64,000 bases of DNA from Selaginella moellendorffii (lineage: Eukaryota > Plantae > Lycopodiophyta). Under the pieces are notes generated by a model, which worked only from the letters and a program-made list of their open reading frames with translations, ran no database searches and was not told the origin of the DNA. Each line of letters begins with the position of its first letter. The stretch's first letter is position 1. The stretch is taken from the NCBI RefSeq assembly GCF_000143415.4, contig NW_003314307.1, forward strand, positions 308,173 through 372,172. The letters run 5' to 3'. Position numbers and translations under genes: made by a program. This document shows, piece by piece, positions 13,021 to 25,434 of the stretch.

Positions 13021-13980
13021 CCAGTCACAGATTGCCACAGATTGCCACAGGGTTGCCACCTTTTGTAAATAATACAAGCTCTCGATCAATACGTTTATAC
13101 GATCTTGAAACGAAGCTGATCTTGCATGGTTGTTTATACGACAAGGTTGAAGAGTGGTACTCTTGATGATCTTTCTCTTTCAAGCGTGAACACTTGGTGA
13201 ATAAGTTCATGCTTTTCATGAGGTGAACACATTACATGTTTAGCTCTTCTGAAAACTGATGCAAAGCAATGCTCAACTGCCTTGAATGATCATGACTAGG
13301 GGATGGAATGGACGATCCCATCACTTTGTGCAACACTTATCATCCAAACTTTTGAGGTACCTAAAGCTGCTGTGTTTCTTACGCTTATGGTATAGTTGAA
13401 AGCTAAATGATGCTGAAAGCACTTCCCAGTAAATTGCCCCACCTTCAACATTGGCATTTTGCAAGTAATTTTTAAATCAGAAAGGAAAAAAAAAAGCAAA
13501 AAAGAAAAAGAAAAAGAATGTACCGTCGTTGAACTTGAAAAACATATTCCTCCTCATCTTCCACACAGATTCCCCTTGATTTTGACTCACCAAGATTCTG
13601 CCCTAAAACAGAGGTCCCCTAAACTTTAGGGCACACGCGAAAGTTAAATAGCGGCAAACGCGTGAGAGGGGCCCGAGCAAACGTCACAGCGTGGGAAGGC
13701 ATTCCGGGCAGTCAAGAAAGGCCCCTTCCTCTCCTCAAATCCCACCTCTCGAATCGATTTCCATTTGGATTTGGATTCTAGCGAGCGCAGCCCATCTTTT
13801 TGTCGAGCCCTGCAAGGAAAAAAATCAGAAAAAATAAGAGAGAAGAAAAATATCAGCTTCCATGGTCGGTGAAAACCACCGCCAGGAACTCCAAAGTGGA
13901 ACAACCTCTCACGCCGATCATCCATCGATTCCACTGGAAATTCCCCCCTTCTTCTTCTTCTTCTTCTCTTCGCCGCGGCC

Positions 13981-15500
13981 ATGGTGGTTCCTCTGTGCGT
14001 CCTCCTCCACATTTGCATCGCCGTCAATCCACCAGGTAAAAAATTCGATCGATCGAGCGAGGGAGAACGCGATTGATTTCTTCTTCTTTCCCAGGCAGCA
14101 GCACTCCCGGGAGTGGGCTTGATCAAATCGGTGTGAACTATGGCCGAGTCTCGGACAACATCCCCTCCCCAAACCAGACGGTGGAGCTGCTCAAATCCAT
14201 GAACGTCCGCCTCGTCAAGCTCTTCGATGCCAATCCCCAAGTCCTCACTGCCCTCTCCAACAGCTCCATTCGCGTCACGATCATGGTGCCAAACGAGATC
14301 ATCGGCGCCGTGGCCTCCTCTCAATCCAGTGCCGACGACTGGATTGCCCAGAGCGTCCTGCCCTACTACCCCAGCACCCAGATCATCGTCATCGTCGTCG
14401 GCAACGAGATCTTCTCCTATCCAGCCCTCGCCCAGACGTGGCAGCAGCTCATGCCCGCGATCGAGAACCTCCACCGCTCGCTCCAGAGCCACAACCTCGA
14501 CGATCGCATCAAGATCACTACCTCGGTCGCGGGGGACGTGCTGGCGGCGTCCTACCCCCCATCCGTGGGGAGATTTCGCCCGGACATCCGCGACACCGTG
14601 CTCAAGCCCTTGTTAGGGTTCTTGCGGACAACGCGGGCGCCATTCTACATCAATCTCTACCCCTATTTCGCGTGGGCGGGCAATCCGGTCAACATCTCCC
14701 TGGGCTACGCGCTCTTCGATCCCGCCGCCACGGTCGTTCGCGATGGCAAGCTCAGGTACACGAATCTGCTCGACGCCATGACGGACGCGACCTTCTCGGC
14801 GATGGAGGATCTAGGGTTTGACGATGTGGAGCTCGGGATCAGCGAGACGGGGTGGCCGAATGCCGGCGATGAGAACGAGAGGGGCGCTACGCGATCGAAC
14901 GCCGCGACCTACAATCGCCGGCTAGTGAGGAAGGTGGTCGAGGGGAGAGGGACACCAAAGAGGCCTAACAGCGCCATAGAGACTTTCATCTTCGCACTCT
15001 ACAACGAGAATCTCAAGCCCGGGCCTGGCATCGAGCGGCATTGGGGGCTGCTCTACCCGGATGGGCGGCCGGTTTACAGCATCGATCTCACGGGCAGGCT
15101 CTCGGATTCGCAGTACGAGGCGGTGCCAGAGCCCATGTCGGTTGCGGTCGTGAATTCTTCCTCGTCTTCTTCTTCGTGGTGCGTCGCCAGGCCGGATGCT
15201 GATACGAGCTCTCTCCAGAGAGAGTTGGACAGGATTTGCAGCCAGAATCCCAGTGACTGCGCTGCGATCCAGGACGGGCAGTCGTGCTTCTATCCCAACA
15301 CGATCATCGCGCACGCCTCCTACGCTTTTAATCGTCGCTGGATCCGAGAGAATCAGTGCTCTTTCTCGAGCACGGCGGCTCTAACGAAGATCAATCCAAG
15401 TAAGCTTTTGGAGTTTCTTTGCTCGTTTTTGGAGTTTCGAGCTTACGATTTGGATTGACTGACAGGCTATGGATCTTGCATCTTCCCCTCGTCGAATTGA
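13981..15500 (+). CDS. Glucan endo-1,3-beta-glucosidase (GH17 + X8 domain); exons 13981-14035, 14095-15399, 15466-15500
   Basis: Signal-peptide exon, IGVNYG, VGNE, INLYPYF, ISETGWP, FALYNENLKPG, X8 WCVA...HASYAFN, last exon SYGSCIFP. Confidence 0.95.
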
Positions 15501-16099
15501 TATTGATTTGACAACACGTATAGCTACAATACGCTACGAATTCGCCTGTACACACCGACAAAAAGCATCGATCGATCGCCATCGTTTTCGTCGTGCTGCT
15601 GCGTTTTTTCCAAGCCACGCAGCTCCGCCGCCGCCATTTGGAGAGGAAAAAAAAAGGAAAAGGATCTCCTTTTGGTGATTTCGCGTGCGTGCGTGTGTGT
15701 GTGTGAGTGTTGCGTTGTGGGTGCGTAGGAAAGAAAAATCGCAAATGGAGGTTCTATGCGTACAATTAAAGAACTTCCGGTCTTTCCAAAAGTCTTGGAT
15801 CACATCAAATGGAAGAAACTTCTAAATTCTTTTTCTTCATTGGATGTTCACTAATATACAGTGGAGAATGCTCCCTGGTATATTGTCTCTTTCTCGTTAA
15901 ACGAACCTCTGTGAGATCTAAAAGGTGTTCTATCGAGTCCCAGTGATTCTATGCTGAATCGCACGAGCTGATGCTGCTGCTGCTGCTTTGATTGAGATGA
16001 TCACACACTGCTGCTGGCTGTGTGGAAAAAACTTGGTGAGGACGAAAAGGAAGAAAAAAAATTTCTTCCCTGCTTCGAGCTATCAAGCGAGCGAGCGCG

Positions 16100-17133
16100 T
16101 CACGCATTGCCGCCGCCGCCGTCGAAAAACGTTGACAAGCGCATTGGTTTCTTGTTGTCGTCGCTGTAAGATGACTCCGAGCCCGAGCTCTCGGACATAG
16201 CTTTCCTCCTCTTTTTCCTCTCCTTCTTGACTTTCCGCTTGTCCTTCTTTGCCTCTGAAGTGTCGTCGCTGCTGCTCGCCGAGGAGCTCGCTCCATCCTC
16301 CTCGGCAGCGTCTAGATCGCTCTTCCGTCGCTTCTTTTCTGATTTCTGAGCATTTCCAGCAGTAAGAAACTGAAGCAAAGCGAGGAGAGAAATGAATGAA
16401 AGTATTACCTTTCGCTTGGGCTTCTTCTTGTCCTTGTCCTTGTCCTTGTCTTTGTCTTTGTCTTTCTTCCCTATGCAACAAGGAACGAGATGGGAGAAAA
16501 GAATGAGAGGAAAACTTAAGAGTTGGAGCGAAAGCTTATACTGACCTTTCTTAAATCTGGTGTCTCGCTTATCAACATGGTTCCGTCCCCGTGAGAGCTT
16601 GGCAGCGCGCTCGGCGTCAAGTTGAGCTCTGTACTCTCTCATCATTCTGGCTTCACCGTCTTCAAGCTCGTTTTGCTTCCTTGCTTCTTCCTAGGATCAA
16701 GTTATTTGCGTATCTCAGGACAAAGCTCGCCGGCATATAAAGGTGGAGGAAAGAACTTTTTTTTTCTTTTTGCAAAGTCTAGAGGAGAGTGAACCTTTTG
16801 TTTCCGCTTGAATTCCTCCCAAGTGATGGTGTGAGAAGTTTGCAAACTTGCCAAACGCGCAGCATGCCACTCTGGTGAATGAAATGATCCATCCATCTGT
16901 GACGAGATTTGTTAGCACCCATTCTTCCACGAAAAACTTGAAAAACTAAAATCCCGAAAGAAACTAGCGACCAAGAACATGAAACAAACGAAGAATCTAA
17001 TAAGAGAATGCGAGAAAAAAATGGTGTATGGAAGAACACCTACCAGTCCGTCGTCGAGATCATCCGCTACACTGCCGGTGTGGGAAGACATCTTTGCCCG
17101 TTGCATTGCCTTGTAAGCCTGATTCTTCCCCAT
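16100..17133 (-). CDS. Conserved plant Lys/Ser-rich protein (MGKNQAYKAMQR family), multi-exon
   Basis: Conserved N-terminus MGKNQAYKAMQRA, then DGSFHSPEWHAARLASL, WEEFKRKQK and MMREYRAQLDAERA; GT-AG introns. Confidence 0.8.
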
Positions 17134-17558
17134 CGTTTGGATTGGATCTCGGCTATCTATCTCTATCCCAATCTCGCGTAATCCTGACCAAAAACCCTAT
17201 GCGCAACGAGCAATCCGGCATCCATCGCAGCACTGCTCCTCCTTCCGACGCCATTTGCTGAGCGAATCCACATACCTCTGCTGCGAATCCTCCTCCTCCA
17301 TGGCCATTGCGCGGCGGATTGTACCGGTTGCTGCCTAGATTTGGCGGCGCCGCGCACGCTCGCTGCGTGGAGCGCCAAGCAACCGACTCGAAGGCCGCGA
17401 TGGCGATGGAATGCGCTGGAAATTCCCCCGATGGAATGGAGAATGCACGAAACCAAATGGATGGATTCCGTCCCAGAAAAACAAAATAAGAAATGGATGG
17501 ATTGGATATTAGGGCTCCTCCGGCTTTCTAGGGTTTAGGGGTTTGCGAGAGGGCGAGA

Positions 17559-20500
17559 ATGAGGAAGAAAGTGGACAGCCGGATCAGGACGCTGATCGAG
17601 AATGGCGTCAAGTCGCGGCATCGATCGCTGTTTGTCGTCGTTGGGGACAAGAACAGGGATCAGGTCTGCAAGATTTCGGTAGCGATTGCGAGATTTTCTG
17701 AGGTTTCTCTTGGATCAGGTTGTGAACTTACACTACATGCTCTCCAAGGCTGTTGTCAAATCTCGGCCGTCGGTGCTATGGTGTTACAAGAAGGATTTGT
17801 TCCTCAGCAGGTACTGCATTCCTCCGAGATTTTGTTCCCTACCAATTTCTTTTCTAGCCACAAGAAGAAGCGAATGAAGCAGATAAAAAAGATGATGAAG
17901 AGGGGATTGCTGGACGCGGAGAAAGACGATCCTTTCTCGCTCTTTGTGGCAAGCACCAGCATTCGGTACTGCTACTACGCCGAAACTGAGAAGATCTTGG
18001 GAAACACGTTTGGGATGTGTGTCCTTCAGGTTAGCGCGCGCTACGCTTTTCCTTACTCACAGTTCTTACGAGGATGTTTTTCCAGGACTTTGAAGCATTG
18101 ACTCCCAACTTACTCGCACGAACTATAGAGACTGTGGAGGGTGGGGGAATTATACTGCTGCTGCTAAGCTCTTTGTCATCTTTGACTAGCCTGTACACTA
18201 TGATGATGGTAAAATCTTTTATTTCTTATCCAATTGTGGCATCCATGCTTTTCGATTGTATTTCAGGACGTTCATTCTCGTTTCCGGACCGAGTCGCATG
18301 AAGATGTGGTCGCCCGCTTCAATGAGCGCTTTATTTTGTCCCTTGCGTCTTGCAAAGCTTGCATTTTTATGGATGACGAGCTTAACATCTTACAAGTATC
18401 TTCCCATGTCCGCTCAATAAGTTCTCTGCCTGTTTTGGAGGTACATTGCTAGCTGTCACAATGATCAGCCTCTCAGCGTGTGTCTCTACAGGGCGAAGAA
18501 GGTCTTACCGAGTCAGAAAAGGATTTGAAGGAGCTCAAAGACTCGCTGGTCGACACACAACCTGCAGGGCCGTTAGTGAGCAAATGCAAAACGTTAGACC
18601 AGGTGAGCACATTGTTCTTATTTCGATCTCGCTAGCCTAACGAACTGTTCCAGGGAAAAGCCGTCGTAACTTTCCTAGATGCTATTTCTGAGAAAACTCT
18701 CAGAAGTACCGTAGCCTTAACCGCTTCTCGTGGAAGAGGAAAATCTGCAGCTCTTGGTTTAGCTATTGCTGGTGCAGTAGCTTTTGGGTAAGCGTGTTAT
18801 GGTTTGTCGTACGTTTCTGTTTTGACTTCGTGTCATTTTATCTTGAAGGTATTCAAACATTTTTGTCACAGCTCCAAGCCCAGAGAACTTGAAGACCTTG
18901 TTTGAGTTTGTATGCAAAGGCTTTGATGCACTTGAGTACAAGGTTTGCTGGTTGGCATTGTTCTTGTGTTTGTCTTCAACACTGGGATTTTTTCCCTCTC
19001 TCTCAGGAACACATAGATTATGATCTCGTGCAAAGTACCAATCCAGCATTCAACAAAGCTGTGGTCCGTGTAAACATCTTTCGTCAACATCGACAAACCA
19101 TACAAGTACATCCTTACTCGTTATTTCTCTTGCTAACCAAGCTATCCCTTTTGCAGTACATCCAACCTCAAGATCATGCAAAGCTTGCACAGGCTGAGTT
19201 ACTTATTATCGACGAGGCCGCAGCGATACCGCTTCCCATGGTAAAAGCACTGCTAGGGCCATACTTAGTGTTCATGTGCTCTACAGTTAACGGGTACGTT
19301 GTAAATGTCCTGTTAGATGACTTATCCTGATTATATCTGATGCAGATATGAAGGGACTGGCCGTTCCTTGTCACTAAAATTAATCCAGCAGCTCCGTAGT
19401 CAAGGAAAGAGTGAATCTGCTCCTTCAGGTGAACTAGTACTTTCTTCTCTGCGAAAGCATACAGTTTTTTACGTGAACCTTTACAGGTAGAGTTTTCCGC
19501 GAGGTTGAGCTGGCCGAGCCCATCAGGTATGGAGCTGGCGATCCTATTGAAGGGTGGCTGCACGAGCTTCTTTGTCTGAATGCTGCCGATCATATTCCAA
19601 GTATCGAAGGAAGGTAGGATCAAAACTGCTAGAAACAGTAAGTGCCATAATTGAATTTTTCTTATACAGGTTGCCGCCTCCTAGTGAATGCCGGCTTTTC
19701 TATGTCAACCGGGATACTTTGTTTTCCTATCATAAAGCGAGCGAGCTCTTTTTGCAAGTAAGCTATCATGTTCTAAAGAAGTAGTCTAATCTTTTTGTAA
19801 CAGAGAATGATGGCCCTATACGTGGCTTCGCACTACAAAAACACACCAAATGACTTGCAGCTCTTGTCTGATGCGCCTGCACATCATCTGTTCGTTCTTC
19901 TTGGTAACGCTTCCGTGATTTGTACAAAGCTCACACTTGTTGCAGGGCCTGTTGATGAGACACAAAACACATTTCCTGATATTTTGTGCGTTATTCAGGT
20001 AAGCACTGTTGTATATTGTAATTTTTTTCTAACCATCACTGCGACTCAAGGTTTGCTTAGAAGGAAAAATATCGAGAAAATCCGCTTTGAAAAGCCTAAG
20101 CGATGGCTCGTCTCCTTCGGGAGATCAAATACCCTGGAAAGTTTCTCAACAGTTTCAAGACTCGGAGTTCCCGAGCCTGTCTGGTGCTAGGATTGTCCGA
20201 ATTGCAGTCCATCCAAACTTGATAAAGGTAACTCTATTTTCTCATTTTGGCGCTTAAAAATTGGATGGTACTTAGGCCGGCTATGGTTCTGCGGCTGTCA
20301 ACCTTCTAGTCCGGTAAAGATTAATTGAAGAAAATTAATGTCGATTTGTCTGATATGGATTGCAGGTATTACGAGGGCCAGTTTACCGATTTGGAAGAAG
20401 AGGACGATGAAGATGATGTGGTTCATAAACACCCTGTGAAAGTTGCTGAAGCTGCTGCTGAGGTTTGAGTTTCATAGTTTTGGAATATCGACGGACAGTT

Positions 20501-21933
20501 TTCTCTTCAGATCTCGCTTTTGGAGGAACAAATCAAACCAAGAGCAAATCTTCCGCCGTTGTTAGTTGGTCTACATGAAAGAAACGCGGAAAAAGTCCAT
20601 TATGTGGGTGTATCATATGGCCTCACACAACAACTGCACAATTTCTGGAAAAAGCTCAAATTTGTGCCTGTTTATGTCTCGCAAATTCCGGTGAGCTTTT
20701 GAAGCACTGTCTGTCTGCCAACTGAACCTTTATACTGCAGAGTGCCATAACCGGAGAACATAGCTGTGTGGTCTTAAGGCCAACAGAAATTGGCGAAGTG
20801 GATACCGCAACGGCAGAGCAAGGAAGCTGGGTTAGACCTTTCAATGAAGGTAGTATTTTACTGTACAGACCTTTCACGATACTAGCATGTTTTGCAGATT
20901 TCTCCCGGAGGTTTATATCGCTGTTGGGCTCAACCTTTCGATCGTTCAGTCCTGGACTCGCTCTAAGGTACGTTTCCAGCAAATAACTGCGTGTTATCTG
21001 ACTTCTCACCTTACTAGCGTCTTGAAACCTCAAATTGATTTCGATGAAGAATCTCAGGAGACAATATCGACCGAAGGCATCTTGGGAGGCAAAAATGCAC
21101 TCCTAACACCCTATGACATGAAACGATTAGAGTCATATGCAAATAATCTCGCTGACTACCATCTGGTACGTGTGTTTGTTATCTCTTCCTGTTGTGGTGT
21201 TGTTAAGTTTCCCTGCAGATAATCGATTTAGTTCCAACGATTTCTCGACTGTATTTTATGAGAACCATACCCGTAACTTTATCTGCTTGTCAAGCTGCCA
21301 TATTGCTATGCATTGGTCTCCAGCAACACGATATAAGTTTTGTGGAGGTTTGTTCTTCCTTTCTTTTGAACCCGAGGCTGTCTCTAAGCCATGGAGAATT
21401 TTGTTTGCCAGAGTGCATTGGATCTTCCTCGCAATCAGGTCTTGGCTTTGTTTAATAAGAGTGTGCGAAAGTTGCACGGCCAGCTACACAAAGCCGCTGC
21501 AAAAGAGATCGAGGAGACACTACCTCGGTTAAGAGAGGTAGTCGTGAGGTATTACCAAAAGTTTCTTTACTAACGTTGTTATTTACAAAGGTGGTGATGA
21601 ATCCCCACGCAGTGTCGGTGGACGAAGATCTAGAGGAAGCAGCAGCCAAAGTCAAGGTTTGGTTCTCTCTAGTAATCCTGTCTTCTGTTTTTGACGAGTG
21701 GAGTGTTACAGGCTGACCAAAAGGAGAAAGTGAGCTCGATGCTGAATCCTGAATCTCTCCAACACTTTGCAATCGGTGGGAACGATGTTGATTTCGAGGC
21801 AGCGCTGGGTGGAAAAGTTCCAAAGAGTGGCCTTGTGAGCGTCAAGAGCAGCGAGAACAAGGGCGAAGCGAAGAAAAGGCCGCCTCAAAACAAGCAGCTA
21901 AAGAACAAGTCGTCCAAGAAGTCGAGGCAGTGA
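17559..21933 (+). CDS. NAT10: RNA cytidine acetyltransferase (Kre33/NAT10), many short introns
   Basis: MRKKVDSRIRTLIENGV, DFEALTPNLLARTIETVEGGG, Walker A ASRGRGKSAALG, IIDEAAAIPLP, YVASHYKNTPNDLQ, RIAVHP. Confidence 0.97.
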
Positions 21934-22089
21934 TTGCAAGTTGAACACAAATCAAGGGAAAGTTCATGACGGAAATCCTGTTGGGAGCAAAAGTCAGCAG
22001 CACGAGGATACACAAAGAAGGAAACGGGCTAACAGTACCGCTGCCTAGACACACGACGAGCTCATCACTTCAGATAGACATCTGAAAGC

Positions 22090-24330
22090 TAAGCGTATAT
22101 TTGGTACTTCGCTTGTGACTTTCCCAGGTTTCCAGTACCCGTGTCGCCAGCCAGATTGACTGTGAGCAGGCATTATTAGCGCAAGCCGTCATGCAACCGG
22201 TACGTTCCCTGAGAAGAGACTCCAGCAAATTCTCATATCTCATAGAACTTTTTGAAGGCGTTGCGAGAGGTGCTCTTCAAATACGGATATGCCAGTCAAG
22301 TTTGAGGACAGAAGGAGCTGTCCTCGGAATCTGCAGATAGTAATATGCTGATCTTCTTGCAACCTGTCAGATCAAGCCTCCTTAGCAAAGGAAGCTTTGC
22401 AACACCATCGTATCACATCCAAATTTTCCAATTCACATAATTTCAGATCTCTCAACGTTGTCTATGTTTCGATCCATTCTGGTAGCTGCCCAACATCACA
22501 CCGCCTTATTCGCAGGGAACGCATGCATGGCAGCTAGATCTAGAGAGACATCTGGAAGATGTTCATATTCCTCAAGCGATATTTTTTCAAGTCGTAGGAA
22601 CCTGCCTCTCCCTTTGGAATTGCCAAAACTTGATTCGGCTGCCAACCATGGCGGTCCTCAACATCGGTAGCTGTCACTCCTTGAAGGACCTCTCCACCTC
22701 GTTCTTTCCAAAGCTAGAGAAAGTTTCTCTGATCTTACTGCAACGGAGTAACGATATCGGACTGAAAAGTGTTATTTGGGATGCTTACCCTTATCGCCTT
22801 GTCACCATGGGAAACGTTTCTTCTGTTAAAGAAGGAAGCTCCTCAAGGTGATACGTACCTAAATTCTCCATGTGACCTTAAACTCACTTTCCCCAAACCC
22901 TCCCACTTCCACAACCTCAGAAATCTGCTCCAGTCCCGTCCCACAGTGTCAATCTTTCAAGGTTGGTCAACCGTTGAAGATCGTGTTATGTAACCAGTTA
23001 ATTTCCACTCCTTCAAATGCGAGAGTTTGCTTATACTTGTAGGTAGCTCCACGGCCAGCGTTGTCTCAATAATCAACACCTCCAACTTTGTGAAGGCCTG
23101 AAACATTCCATCGAGATGCTTGTCCTTGTGGACCATCAAGCTTCCGATTTGAGCATTTCTTATGTTTGAAAAGTTGATGATGCAGCATCGTGGCATTGCT
23201 GAATTGTTCAGCCCATTAAGGTATCCCAGCTTGGTGAGTTTGAGCAATGCATCGACAGGGAAATGCTCTAGCTTGTGACAACCTGTCAAGTCCAGATTTG
23301 GTCAGCTTTCCGAGTGGACCTGGAATGCTTTCGAGTGATTCATCCCAGGACGAATCCAGGGTCTCTAAATTCTTGAATGCTATGTGGCCAGTGAATTTAA
23401 GGCAAAGTACCTTGAAGCTTTTGAAAAGAGAGAGGCTTGGCAATGCAGTGAGAGCGGGATTTTGATCCAGGGGCAGGCAAGTGGTGTTGGAGACTCTGAT
23501 CCTGTTCTTCTGTAGAAAGATGTCTTTAGAAATGCTACATAAGAACAGAGAAATCTTGCTGTAATTACTCATTAAGGCGTCCCCGCATCTCTCTGCCACC
23601 ACCCAGCCTTGAAATAACACTTGGGGCCTGCATCATGAATCCTGTACCTCTTACACCGTGCACCTGAATAAGAATAATCTTCTTCAGTGATAAGTGCGTG
23701 ATTCTTGAGCCTTTCTAGAACATTCACCGCCTCTGCTGTGTTTTTCCAACATTTGAATAGATCCCAAAATCCAATTCGCCAGTCTTCTGCATACGCAGGA
23801 AGGAAGAGAAAGTGCTGCTGGATGCCAAGAGGTAACAATGCATCGTACCCCATTTTGAGTCGCTGCAGTACCTCGTGTTCCTCATCAAGAGTTGTTAATC
23901 GCTGAGTTCGCTTTGAACATAGTCCCAATCTTGTGTGGCTGCCATTCTTCTGCCAATTACCTTTAAGACCAGTGAAAGGCCCCACACTTGTCCACAACCT
24001 GCTCCACTACTATACTACTGATCATGAACCTGACCATGTTTTGGGTTTGGAATGCGTGTTCTTACATGATACAAAAATACAAATGCCATCTAAACATTTT
24101 CACATCATTGCCACATAGGTGGAGACAGATTGAAACAGGATGCTGTTTAACGGGAGGCTGCAATGAATAGCAGACTTGGCAAGCCCAATCACCTCGTTGA
24201 CAACTGCAGGGACAAGCGCACCGAGATTGGCCATAACTGCAAGCTCTGTATTTTGCTCATGCCGCCTCTGTTCTGTATCCATAATTTCATGCAGGTTAGC
24301 CAACCCGTTTGCGCGTTCGTGCAATACGTG
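22090..24330 (-). pseudogene. NB-ARC-LRR (NLR-like) pseudogene, copy A
   Basis: VVEQVVDKCG, LQRLKMGYDAL, VLERLKNHALI, RYRIHD (MHD-like) and LRRs (ELPTSISKLSHLKE); frameshifts; P-loop missing. Confidence 0.8.
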
Positions 24331-24382
24331 TTACAATATTCGGATTGAAAAATGATGGTTGCGGCGTCGGTGGGAAACGTAT

Positions 24383-24462
24383 CTAGCTGGTCACCCTCTA
24401 GGGCGTCACCTAGCTGGCCACCCTCTAGGGCATCACCTAGCTGCGTCACCCTCTAGGGCGTC
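24383..24462. repeat. ~27-bp tandem repeat x3 (CTAGCTGGTCACCCTCTAGGGCGTCAC)
   Basis: Visible directly. Confidence 0.85.
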
Positions 24463-24636
24463 GAGACGATGACATTCTAGAGGTTCGGAGCTAGGCTGCG
24501 GCGCGAGCAGGAGTCGCGAAACACAGCATCCACGCCAAAGTGCACCAAAAGCCTCATTGATGCCATGTCCACTGCGTCTGTACATTAGAAATCAAAAAGG
24601 TTCGCTACAGTCAAATACCTCTGGATGTGGAATTCT

Positions 24637-25234
24637 TTAGGAGGGTGGTGGTGTTTGCCACATTGAAATGTCTCTAACAAGTTCCCTCATTTGTGTGATG
24701 AGTTGCTTGAGAACATCGTTCTTCCTTACAATCTCCTGCGAAATGCTGCTCAGTCCATCAAGAGAAAAAGAGAGCTTTTGCTTGGCTCACCTCTCGAAGC
24801 TCCACCGTTTGCTTCTGGAGCCTATCAATCTCCGCTTGATCCACTGCCTTCTCCACAGTGGAATCCACATCCAAGCTCGTCATCTAAGAGCAAAGAAGAG
24901 AATTCGTCAGAGCTTCCAAGGATAAATGTTGATCAGAGTTCTCGAGAGCACAACATGGAAATTCCTCTGAGATTGGAAGGGAAGAATGTGGTACCTGAGG
25001 ATGGTTGAAGATCGCAGCGACGATTCCTCTCAGGGCAGTCGTCGCCGCCTTGTATTTCTGCCGCGCATCGTCCACCGCCGCCCATCCGGCCTCTTCCTTG
25101 CCGCCGCCTTCCCAGAGCGCCGGATTGCTAAGAACCTCATTGAGAGAGTTGAGGATCTGGTGCGCCGATTGCACTGCGATTTCCAGCTGCTTCTGCCCCT
25201 CGATCGCCATCACCTCGAGCTTGGTTTCCTCCAT
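24637..25234 (-). CDS. MED30: Mediator subunit 30, 3 exons
   Basis: MAIEGQKQLEIAVQSAHQILNSLNEVLSNPALW...LREEIVRKNDVLKQLITQMRELVRDISMWQ fits plant MED30. Confidence 0.85.
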
Positions 25235-25252
25235 CGTCAAGAGCCCTAAAGA

Positions 25253-25303
25253 TGACGTGGCGAAAGTCCTAATGACGTGGCAATGTGGTAGCAGTGACGT
25301 GGC
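25253..25303. promoter_or_regulatory. Three TGACGTGGC bZIP (ABRE/G-box-like) sites in the MED30/SAS6 bidirectional promoter
   Basis: Exact 9-mers at 25253, 25273 and 25295 in a 200-bp head-to-head spacer. Confidence 0.65.
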
Positions 25304-25434
25304 AGGCGGGCCAAGATTTATATTATTCCCATTCTTTGCTCTTCCAGTCTTTGAATGGCGTTCGCGGCTTCGCAGTAATCTAGTTCTTTCGGGGCGCTAC
25401 CGCCGAGAAAATAGGTTTCGATCGATCGGCTCCC

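Noticed and set aside
13644-14492. 282-aa minus-strand ORF and similar antisense ORFs over GC-rich genes
   Set aside because: Shadow frames of the GH17, HIR and PhoD genes
17134-17558. Telo-box-like AAACCCTA/TAGGGTTT sites in the NAT10 bidirectional promoter
   Set aside because: Common in promoters of ribosome-biogenesis genes
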